A stretch of DNA of 58,544 bases, counting the filler, from Sphacelaria rigidula (Eukaryota): the NCBI GenBank assembly GCA_964200075.2. It is 7 parts of 7 records of this genome, joined end to end, with 100 filler letters (N's around TTAATTAATTAA, not from the genome) between each part and the next. Parts side by side here need not be neighbours in the genome. Positions count along the whole stretch, not along the records: positions 16,757 to 25,034 come from CAXNAA020011675.1; positions 25,135 to 33,412 come from CAXNAA020011676.1; positions 33,513 to 41,790 come from CAXNAA020011677.1; 4 more parts are not named here. One strand, written 5' to 3'. A model generated the notes under the pieces. It ran no database searches, was not told the origin of the DNA, and saw nothing but the letters and a program-made list of their open reading frames with translations. A program made the position numbers and the translations under genes. The number at the start of each line of letters is the position of its first letter. The first letter of the stretch is position 1. Shown piece by piece: positions 24,138 through 34,707 of the stretch.

Positions 24138-25199
24138 GCATGGGCCGAACAAAATTGTTTATTATATACGTATCTCAAGCGATGGTGCATCATGTCTCTG
24201 AAGCGTCAGGTGCCATGCCGTCATTCAAGGCTTGGCCAAGCAGGAACCCGTACTGACGTCAAAGGGAGGTGACACGTGCAATTTATCACCAGAGGGTAGG
24301 TGAAGGTAAAAAAAATGTTTGCTGGAGTGCCGACTACGTACTGAGTTTCAAAAGGTCAGACTTGGTGGAAGAAAAAAAACACGCTCGTGTTCACAAGTTA
24401 GTTAAGCATGACGCTTGTGTGTTTGGGTTTGGCCGAGTGGAAGTACCGCTCGTCAGAGTGTGGACTGCGCTGTGTGTGAGTTGAAGAGATGCAAGGTTTG
24501 GCAAAGCAAAGCTTGGGTTCGACCTAGACTATGGTCCAGTGTGGAACTGCACTGCCATTTTTAGGGTTGATCAAATAAAAGCTTTTAGAAGGAGCGTAAG
24601 GTTTGTGGTCCATTTGTGTTTTCGGCCACGTCGTGTACCGATGAGGCGTTGTGATTTGCACTGATCATAGACGGATCTCATACAAATACAGGAATAAGGG
24701 TTTTTGGTTGACTGGGGTTGGTTCAGTGGATAACTGTTGTTGTTGTCTTCACATGAAAAACCGTTTCGATATCTGCGCTGTACATTTGTACTGGGCATCT
24801 GATGCGGACGCCTTCCATGGTCACAGGCTAGCTACTTACAATAAGGTACGAGTAAATCAAACAAAAAACAAAACAAAACAAACATAGACCCAGAAAGAAA
24901 CTCACAAACGCGATACAAGCAAAACAGGAATAAATAAGAGCAATGACCTAGAAAAGGTATACCTTATCGTTTTTTGCCCAAGAATGGTACGAAAAATGGC
25001 CAGGAACGCGAAAACAGCCAAACACGCCATTTTGNNNNNNNNNNNNNNNNNNNNNNNNNNNNNNNNNNNNNNNNNNNNTTAATTAATTAANNNNNNNNNN
25101 NNNNNNNNNNNNNNNNNNNNNNNNNNNNNNNNNNGAAAGCACCGTTTTAGGCTTGAACTTCATCTCGAAGTTAAACCTCAATTCGCACAATTTGTTGTT

Positions 25200-26337
25200 C
25201 GCTGCTGTTTCTTAGGAGCAGGCTGGAGAACTACACAGAAGGTATTACCTGAGGTGTTTGCTGATGTTGTGAGCGCCGAGTTGGGTACTGATGTTGAGGA
25301 GCAACTGCTGTGGTGATTGAGTGCTTGTTGAGAATGAGGAAACACATTATGACTGATATTCGCGAATCGTTTTGAGAATGGTTGCAACTTGTTATTGTGT
25401 AGTTTGTGGTCATGTTTGCACATAAAACATGGTTGTTGAGCGAGTATGATCGTATCGCGTGTGCAGGGCAACACTCTGGCGTACACGTGGATATTTGGCA
25501 TATGTGTGTGTTGTGCTGATCTGGTTGGCACGGACGATGCATGGTGTTTGCTGCGAGGAAGGTGGCATTGCATTTGCTGAGTGAAATGCTGGCATGCATG
25601 TGCGGATTTTCATATGCTGAGTGGAATTTTGGTAGACATGTGCGATTTTTTGCTCGAATGGTACTGATATGAATGGTATCTGGTGACGACCTAGGATGGG
25701 GCGGTTTCCAGTATACTGCTGTATGCTAAATGACGAGAAGCTCATATAATCTTCTTCGCGCAGGAACACAGTCGAATCATATTTGTGCGATTTGCACGTA
25801 CTGACTGCAAAATATATTGGGTGCTGCTGTTAGGTTGAACATGAGCAAAAAACTACGAAATTCGTAGGCTCGTACTGACTGTAGGAGACGGCGACACCTA
25901 CTGTTAGCGTGAAAATGAGCTGAAAGATACGAAATGCGTAGGCTCGTCGTATGTAAGCAGGTATGACACGCTTGCTTCCGGTGGTTGAAAATAAAGACAT
26001 AATGCGCGCATGCATCAATGATCTTTGACCGTGGCACGTTTTTGTATGGATTGTCACGTGTTTGAACGAGCACGTGGTTGGTTTTTCGTTCATGTCAGGA
26101 GGAGCATGTGGATGATGCGTCCATTTGTTCCAAGAACTGGTGCAGGTGGACTACAAGAGTGTCGAGGAACCCATTATTTCTACATTTTGGCTGATGCACG
26201 GATGAGACGTGACGGTCCTGATCTAAACGAGATATAGAAATATCTGGGATTTGCTCGAACACAAGAGTTCGAAAACGAGATCACGAGGGGTGATCAATGA
26301 TGGCGGAGGTCGAGATCCGTTCGCCGTCGTTGGATTA
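25200..26337 (-). pseudogene. Highly decayed retroelement coding remnant, possibly Penelope-like (RT thumb plus GIY-YIG); partial second copy at about 28470-28895
   Basis: The nucleotide similarity between 25875-26337 and 28478-28895 is visible directly. The minus-strand peptides IFNHRK..HTTSLRISYLSAHFH, IPFISVPF and MQCHL...TRSAQHTH...TIILA only loosely resemble Penelope motifs. Confidence 0.3.
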
Positions 26338-26344
26338 TTAGCAT

Positions 26345-26443
26345 GAGGGTTAATATATGAATAACTAAAGCTGCTGAAGTCCGTGTGCCCGTGACGGGAG
26401 GAGTCCACATGGTGATCTGGTCTTGAGTAACAGAAGTCTATAT
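26345..26443. repeat. High-identity repeat of about 100 bp with an inverted copy at about 29165-29263
   Basis: TGAGGGTTAATATATGAATAACTAAAGCTGCTGAAGTCC...CAGAAGTCTATAT versus ATATAGACTTCTG...GGACTTCAGCAGCTTTAGTTATTCATATATTAACCCTCA. Confidence 0.85.
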
Positions 26444-26699
26444 GTGTAATGATCCGACTGTCGTCATGAGGGCGGAGAGAACTGGGCTTCGATTTCCGAT
26501 GCGTTGGGTTTTTCTCCGTAATATACGATTTCTACCGTGGAAAGCGGAGAAAACAAAGTAGTTGACTGGGTTTGTTTGACGTGAGTTGAGGAGGTGCGGG
26601 AGTGCTGACCCAATCCGCGAGACTAAAATGAAAGGCGCATATCAGGGGAGAGATGGATTGATCTTTCGAGATCACGGACTCGTCCCGAGGAAGGGGAGA

Positions 26700-27825
26700 G
26701 GTGTAAAGTGTGAGGGAACAAAACAAATGGGACTTTTACACCAGAAGCTGTTCGAAATACACCCTCATTTGTCCGCCAATACCTGGGATTGAGCAGAAAA
26801 GAAACTACTTTCGAGCAGCTTCTGCTGTTCAAGTTCCACATACTGCACCGTATCAGTGGGTGAGAAACGAGAGGCAGCAAAAATTGTTGAAAGTTCCTCC
26901 TCTTGCCCCCGATCTCATATACCACTTGGGTAAAGGATCGAAGTTTTCAACAGCCTCGGCTCTCTATAAATCCCGTACACTGATTGCGAGTGTATGTCCA
27001 CATGGCCGCGTTGTACAGGTTTGGCTGGTGGTAATGGTGCAGAACCAGTATGAGCCTCTGACATGTATACATACAGATTCTGAAATACCATAGTCCCGAG
27101 TGTACCATACCAAAGCAGTTTTTTTATTGAAGACTCGAAAAAATTATGATCGCGGTATATCCTGTACCTTGATGACGACATGACCATCACCACAAAGTAC
27201 AGTTTGGTGCTGTATTGAACTGTACAATACCGTGCAGGACAGTACCATATCGTGCTCATATACGAACGGTGAAATACACTGCAAAGTTAGCGCGGCATAT
27301 GCGCCAAGTATGGCTAAACAAACTGAATGCCTGTAACTTTGGGTGCATGGGGTGTTATATATCGTCAGCTACTGAGTATACATCACGACGCCCGTTCTTG
27401 CGGCATGCTCACCACTACAGTCAGTAGGACGTGGAAGGGGAAGCGGGCAAAGTACAGTACAGACAGCGCAGGACTTCATGCATGTATTCTGCTTACATTG
27501 CGACGTGAAAGGGTCTTGAACAGTGTACGCAGCTTTGCCTGCCTGCACTGTCCGGGGGCGTGTATGCGATGAGGCGCTGGTTATTGCCCACACCGTACCC
27601 TGCACATTTTCGACACCGCGCGACTCCGCGACCATGAAAGAAGATTCTCAAGTTCAAACTTCCACCAACAAGACATGCATCGTACCCAACTGCGGCAGTG
27701 TGTGTCCAGATCCCTGTGCCGAACTCGTGCTCTTTGCTGCATGGTTATTGAGGTGGTATTATAGCTGGGGATAAGTGATGTCGAGTTTGCAACTCAATCT
27801 GTGAACGGCGGGTGATAAATATATA
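26700..27825 (-). repeat. Inverted copy of the 5410-6690 dispersed repeat
   Basis: The reverse complement of 27690-27825 matches 5410-5560 and similarity continues across the block. Confidence 0.75.
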
Positions 27826-29749
27826 TCTGGCATGACGGTCTATACCATAAGATTGCTGGGGTCCCAAAGGTGCCCTAGGAGCAGGTAGGACACAAGAGCA
27901 CAAGTGTACATGTACACGCTGGAGGATACGGTACGGCTATGTCCTCCGGAGTCGCAACAAGTGCCCTAGAGGCCATAGCCGGTCCCTCCTCCAGAGGAAT
28001 GATGCTCATATTTCCCTCCGCTGTTCATATTTCCCTCGAAGGGACGTTCAGACCCCAGAAGTCACTGGAGCATCAGATGCCCTCCAGAGGATTCGTTTTA
28101 TGACCGGAACCGACTATGAAATACCCCCTAGAGAATAATGTTTTTATCCTCTGGAGGGTCACTTTACCCTCGAGAGGATGGAAATCGCTGTAGAGGTTGG
28201 TTTCAAGGGGGTTGCCGAAGGGCCGGGTGTGTAGGCTGGCGACCGCACAAAACTCCCCGAAAATCTCGGGAACGCTAGACTGAATGCACGTAAAACCATA
28301 TGCCAAGCTGCGACCATCCTGAAGTTGGAAACCTAAGAAGGCTTATCTTGGTCAGGGATAGGGAGTCAGGGTGAGGCAGTTTTCAATATACTGGTGTATG
28401 CTGGATAAGGTGAACCTCGTATATTCCTGCTCACACAGACAGGCGGCGGAGTTCTCTTTGTGCGGTTTGTGGGCACTGACTGTAGGTGATGGTGATTGCT
28501 GCTGTTGGCATTATAATGAGCAGTAACTACGGAATGCGTAGGCTCATATGTGCGCAAGGGAAACGCAAGTGTTTCTTGTGGTTTAAGATGAGTGATCTTT
28601 GGCTGTGGAACGTCTTTAAAAGGAATGTATCATTTCCGTCTAGAAGGATCATGTGGATGGAGTGTCCGTTTGTCTAAGGAGGCGGTGCAGATGAGCTGCA
28701 ACTCTGTTGGGACATGAGCTGCATGTTACATCGCGGTTAATCGACAGATGGGATATCACGGTCCTGAATCCACGTTGGAATATTATACCTAGGTGCTTTC
28801 TGGGATGTACTCGATAGAAACGAGTTTGAGAACGATATCACTACGGGTGGAACAATGAAGGCGGAGGTCGAGGTCCGTTTGCCGTGGTTGGATTCGTATA
28901 CATGGCTTGAAAAGCGGTTTGAGTCATGGCTTTCTTTTCAGTATGCTCATGAGTTGAGTGACGCAATGAAGCTTCGAAGCTCTCACGAAGAAGAGGTGTG
29001 CGATGCATACGTTTTCACGGAGTTGAACAAGCAAGAGACCAGCTGCGTTCTAGACGTGTTGGGCACTTATTTGTTTCTAGTTTCACATATATTACTCGTC
29101 TGTTGCACTCCGTTGCGCAGGTGCTGAATGTACGAAAGAGCATTTTGTATGTTGAATGGAATCTATATAGACTTCTGTCACTCAAGACCAGATCGCCATG
29201 TGGACTCCTCCCATCACGGGCACATGGACTTCAGCAGCTTTAGTTATTCATATATTAACCCTCAGCATAGTACAGGAGAACAGGACCATAGCCTCTCCCC
29301 ACCAGAGTAGCAAAACCGGCTCCACACGTCATGGAGGCCACCCATCACTGAGTCCGGCAATCAGACCCGCAACTCCACCTACACTATGTCCCTAACCTTA
29401 GTTAACAATGGTGGCTAGAGTCTGCAGCACCCCCAAAGCTCTTTACTACCAACAAGTAGTTACATAACAGCTTGACAAACTCAGGCATCATGAGTGCCTG
29501 ATAGTACCGTCGTTTCCCGCAAAGAATAGCGATCTCTTCTGCTGCTTCCGACAACACCTCCATCCAAGCTTGCCCCACTTCCGAACGACTCGCAAGAGAT
29601 CCCAAGAAAATATCGTCCATCATGAACATGCAATCACGCTACTGGCACCATTTCGAGTTACAAAGCGATAGCTAGCGCCAAATTCTCAAATCATCGCCCG
29701 AAACAAGTCTCTTCACCTTTATCGGCACGAAACCGGAGATGTCAGCAAA

Positions 29750-30111
29750 TGTTACATAAAGAAAGTACAGTAGCATCTCTAGCATGAGGAGTACGGTAGC
29801 ATATGGAGATTAGTTTGGATCGTGTGATAACAGTTTGGGGGATGATTATTGGATGCGTAGCATATTGTGCTTGTTCCGGGAGCAAAGAAGGGTCGCTTCT
29901 GGTTAACGAAAGACTGCCGTTTGTATGACTGCTTGAGTCTTGAAGTCTTTGAAGCCCGTGACGATGAGGAAGCCTCTGGAGCAGCACTATAACTTTGTTC
30001 TGATTCCACGCGGGTTCACAATAAACGTTTATTCAGGAAACTTGTCGTTTCTGGATTGGGTTTTCGAAGTCGACCACCTGTAAAACGTGAGGATGCTCAC
30101 GTTGAATAACA
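29750..30111 (+). mobile_element. 5' LTR (362 bp) of the Ty3/gypsy element at 29750-33230
   Basis: TGTTA...TAACA termini, AATAAA near 30020, followed immediately by TGG (PBS position) and the gag ATG at 30192. Confidence 0.65.
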
Positions 30112-30191
30112 TGGGGGGGGGATGCGGCGGAGAGAGAGGCGCAGGCCAAACGAATCCAAGACGACTGCGGTGACAGGAGGCTGTTGGAAGG

Positions 30192-33100
30192 ATGGCAGCG
30201 CGAAGGGAAGGGGGAAACAGCGAGACGGTTGATGAGGTGAAGTTTGCAGTAACCGAATTGACCTTGGATGGATCCTTGAAAGTGCCCGAATATGGTCGAG
30301 TATTCAGTGAGCAAGCTTCCAGACGCTTTTACCAAAGGTATCGAGTATATGAGGAGGCAATGGGGAAAAGTAACAAAGGCCGGTCTGTTAAGTGCGCACT
30401 CTTGACCATGCGAGAGTTGGTGCCATAGCACATCCAGAACTGCGTGTCCGACACCATCTTTGACGGGTTGCCACTCGACGAAGACGAATTGCAGCAAGGG
30501 ATTGCACGCCAAGCGAAACGCTGGATCGATATTGAAATTGATCCTTCCGCAGCTGCAGCAGGCGTAAAAAAAGCCCTTGCCGCACGGTCTGCACCAACTG
30601 CAATGGGTCGAGTAAAAGGGCAATGGAGTTCATTACAGGAGTACTTTGCGGAAATGCAGGTGCGGAGTGCGTTTTCCTTGCATCTGACCGTACGTTCAAG
30701 GCTGGTCCAGCAAACGTCATTACCAGAGCGATTGTCGCCAGCCTGACCCCACTTGAGTTCAAGAGTAAAGTTCAAAATATACTTTTCATGAAAAGGCACT
30801 GGATATAGAGCCCGAGAGTGGTTTATGAGGTAGCTCATGACTTGACGGAAAAATGGAAGACTGTTGAGGAGGTTGACAAACACCGCCGCCAGCAACCGCC
30901 ACTTAGGCAAAAAAGCGGCTCACAAGGCTCGAAAAAACTGACATCAAATGCCGGCGCAGCAGCTGCGGCCGCCGCAGCGTGCAGGTAGTGCCGGTAAGAG
31001 CTCGAGAAAGCCCCACAAACCTGGTCCGAGCTATGCAGGTTGTTCCGAGTGTGGCGATAAGGGCCACTACAAGAAGGACTGTAACAAACAGAGCACACCT
31101 GAAGCCGCGGTGAGTGCGTCAGGTGGGCAAGCAAAGTCGTCGCCGCCGCCGTCGTAGCAGCAGCAGCAGCAGCAACAGGTCCATGGTCAGCGGGTGGGCA
31201 GTAAAGGTCCTGCTCCCACACGGGCTATTTTCCCAGGGGATGGAACGCAAGGGGGTGCTCGTAGTGCGGATAGTATGGTGCCGCCCCAGCCTTCCGCTCG
31301 GCCTCGTGCAGCTCAACCCCAACTGGCGGCCGGACCGGCTCAGGACTCTCAGACAGTGCCGGTATGGCGGGGTCTGCACACCACTGAGGTTGCAGATGTA
31401 CAGGCTGGGGGTGTGGTAGTTTACCGCAAGCAGCGATGCTGGCGGGCAGACTTGTCCGTTCCAGGTCCCGCAGCCAATAACGTTTGCCCTGTTACGGCGG
31501 TTTTGGACTCGGGAGCTGGCATTACTATCATGTCTGAAAAAGTGGAGGCCCAGTTGCAAGCAGTGGTCCCTGATGTGCCGGTTGTCACGAGCATGGCTCG
31601 TGCACACCCGGTAAAACTAGCTGATGGTAATGTACGGAGTATAGTGTCGAAGACGTGCCTAGTGCGCACCGCTCTGCACACCAGCTGGGGGCCGGTGGTG
31701 CTGGATCCGTGTCATTATGCGGTCATGCCAGGTGCCGATGAAGTGGTGATTCTCGGGAGCGGTACGCTGAAGGCTATGGGCATTGACGTGTACAGTGGTC
31801 TGGACGCATGCGAACGCTCAAGACACGCGTTGGTGAGAGGTGTAGATACGCCTGAGTTCCGAGAATGTAGGCGTGTGAGCATTGCGATTGAGGCGTTACA
31901 GGATCCAGGTGGACAAAAGGAGCCTGTGGATCCCTCCGTTGAGCGATTGATGTTGCGAGGTCCCGAGATGGACATGACTCCAGAGAAGGAGCTGGAAGAA
32001 CGTCGTGTTGCATTGGATCATGCGGTACAGGCGGCTGCAGATAAGAAGATGTCAGCTAGCGGCGTCGGTAAGCTTCGGGAGGTTGTTGGGCGCCGTGTCA
32101 ACGCTTTTCGGCGAGCACGGCGCAGTGTTCCTCCTGCTCGTGTAGAGCCATTGAAGGTGATATTCAAACCTGGGGCTTGGGCAGTCAAGGCGAGCCCGCG
32201 GATGTATTCCCCTGTAAAGGCAACGTGGTTAGCAAGGTGTATGGCGACGCCGGTGACGCTTGGGCTCATATTTCGCAGCTTATAGGCGGTGTGGGCGAGT
32301 GCGGCCATGGCGACGCCGAAGAAGGGCGGTTATTGACTGTTGAGTGATTATCGCGCGGTGAGCAAGCAGATTGAGAAGGTTCCCAATGTTATGCCTAACC
32401 ACGAGGCGGAGATGATCGACCTGCTAGGCGCTGCGTGATTTTGGCAAGATTGATATGCTGCAGGGGTACTGGCAGATGCCGTTGGCGGCTGATGCACAAG
32501 AAATGTTTACGATCGCGACTCCCGAAAGTCTGTTTACCCGCACACGGGTGCCGCAAGGGGTGTTGAATGCGACGGGGTATTTTCAAGGCATCATGACAGG
32601 ATTATTGACCGGACTTCAGTGCAAAGTATGGGTGGGTGATATCTTGTGATGGGGTAAAGATGAGGATGATCTGTTGTGTACACTGGGCGAGATTTTTGGC
32701 CGTTTGGAGGTTGCTGGTCTTTTTGCGGCTGCGCACGAGTGTATGTTCTATGACACACAAATCACGTGGTGCGGAAGACACTTTCTACGATAGCCCCCCC
32801 CGAAAAAGTGCATGGTTTTGGGAGGCAAAATCTTCATGTAAATCAAAGTGGGAAGAGCCGAGCACAACGAGAAGCTGNNNNNNNNNNAGCCGATGTCGCC
32901 AATATGAGGCGCTTTGTGCAGCCTGAACCCAAACATCAGGCGCTGTATGGCCATTTTTTTCGTCACACTTTCAGCTGGTTTTGGGGGGGGGCTATCGTAG
33001 AAAGTGCCGGAAAGGTCTTTTCAGGTGGTCAAGTGGCTCATGACCGCGAGAGACTGAGCGGGCTGGCCAATCTTGCGCACAGCAGGTGAGCTTATGCAGT

Positions 33101-33230
33101 TCCTGCAGGCGGTAAACTGGCTGAGGACGTCCTGCCGCGTCTGGCGGAGGTGGTGGAGCCGCTGCGGGCGTTACTGGAGGAACACATGCAGGGAAACATG
33201 CGCCGTACCAAGCGAGTGGCGTCAAACTAC
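30192..33230 (+). mobile_element. Decayed Ty3/gypsy gag-protease-RT polyprotein, truncated before RNase H and integrase
   Basis: CCHC knuckle CSECGDKGHYKKDC (about 31040), aspartic protease AVLDSGAGITI (about 31500), and RT motifs DYRAVSK, DMLQGYWQMPL, RVPQGVLNA and KVWVGDI (damaged catalytic loop). Several stops and frameshifts. Confidence 0.92.
32777..33008. mobile_element. MITE inserted in the gypsy RT with a 4-bp TSD (GGAA)
   Basis: GGAA|GACACTTTCTACGATAGCCCCCCC...GGGGGGGCTATCGTAGAAAGTGCC|GGAA. Removing the element and one GGAA restores ITWCGKVFSGG in frame. It contains a 10-N gap. Confidence 0.85.
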
Positions 33231-33412
33231 CACAGGCACCGTAGGTAAGATAGGTACCCGGTACCGGTATTTGCGACATCTCATACCCTACCGATACCGG
33301 TCCAATTCGGTATTTTGAGATCTCATACCTACGATACCTACGATACCACGGTATTTCGAGATTTCAATACCTACCGTACCGGCCCAATCCGGTATTTTGA
33401 GATCTCATACCT
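33231..33412. repeat. Short tandem and palindromic TACCG/CGGTA repeats, likely the end of a DNA element that truncates the gypsy copy
   Basis: Repeated CGGTATTTTGAGATCTCATACCT and TACCGATACC units run up to the scaffold end. Confidence 0.6.
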
Positions 33413-34294
33413 NNNNNNNNNNNNNNNNNNNNNNNNNNNNNNNNNNNNNNNNNNNNTTAATTAATTAANNNNNNNNNNNNNNNNNNNNNNNNNNNNNNNN
33501 NNNNNNNNNNNNCTCTCATAGAGGCGAAATTGTTGCAAACGAGCCCAATAGTGGGTTCACAGCCGTTTTGTCGCACCGTCTCACGTGCACTTTTTGTGGG
33601 GGGGCTATCTCGGCATGAGTCTAGGGAGATTTTATAACGGACGGAACCGAGGATGACGTTTGAAAATTCCTCTACGAGATAGTCGAATGGCCACGTGTGT
33701 CGTAAAAATAGGGAAAAAACATGTTACTCGCGAGATATGGCCAAACGCAGAAGGACGTCTTGCTTCGAGAAATCACTTCCCCTTCCTTGGTCAAATTTCG
33801 GCCAGGTATACCTGACCGAGGAACTCTTTTTCCATCGCACCTTATCTGGGACATTAGTCAACACGAAGAGTACCTGCCCTGAGCCATCGCTTCCCACACT
33901 GTACCTGATGCGGCACACTGCGAGCAAGGATATCCACGCGCCATCTCCAACTATGGCGCCCACACATTCGGCTCTGTTTCTTCCCATTTGCCGTTCGCGA
34001 ACGCCACCACGACCACACCCCTCCCTCCCCGGGAATTGTTTCCGAGTCTCTCCGTATCAGTACAAGAACTGGACTCGAAACTCGCAACGCGTCAGTCTAT
34101 CATGCTTGCGGAGTGTTATGTAGCATCGTGTCGTTGCGATCCGGGACTGGTGTCATGTTCCGTATGAACCATTTTGGGACCCTTTCCCCCCACAATCGTG
34201 TGTTAGTGGCGAGTGTCAATTTGTGTTGTTTGCATGTCAAAATGATGTCAATTTACCAAAACGTGTGAATTGGCATCATTTTAACTTGAAAAAA

Positions 34295-34707
34295 CACGGG
34301 ATCTACGAATTGGGGATGGACGTTTTATTAGGGATGAAAAACCCGGCGGATGAAAATCTTCCTATCCACACCAAATCTTCGAAATGCGGTTCCATTTCTT
34401 CACCTACTGATAGCTATTGACAACTTCTGCACCAAAAGGTTGGGGTCCTAGGTGAGAAACCAATTTTGGGGAATTCCGCGTGTCCGAACGGACGCCAAAA
34501 TGGTTCCCAAATTGGTTTTTCACCTAAGGCCCCGACATTTTGGTGATCAAAATAAAATTTTCTGTGGCATGTAGCAGTTGTCAATAGCTATGAGTAGGTT
34601 AAGAAATGGAACAATATTTCGAAGATTTGGTGTGGATAGGAAGATTTTAATCCGCCGGGTTTCTCATCCCCAATAAAAGATCCATCCCCAATTTGTAAGA
34701 TCGCGTG
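34295..34707. mobile_element. 413-bp foldback MITE with CACG...CGTG termini (CMC/Chapaev-like)
   Basis: 34295-34425 is mirrored by 34577-34707, and inner arms (GGTGAGAAACCAATTTTGGG versus CCCAAATTGGTTTTTCACC) extend the hairpin. It abuts the truncated gypsy pol. The flanks (AAAA and TTAA) do not give a clean TSD. Confidence 0.75.
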
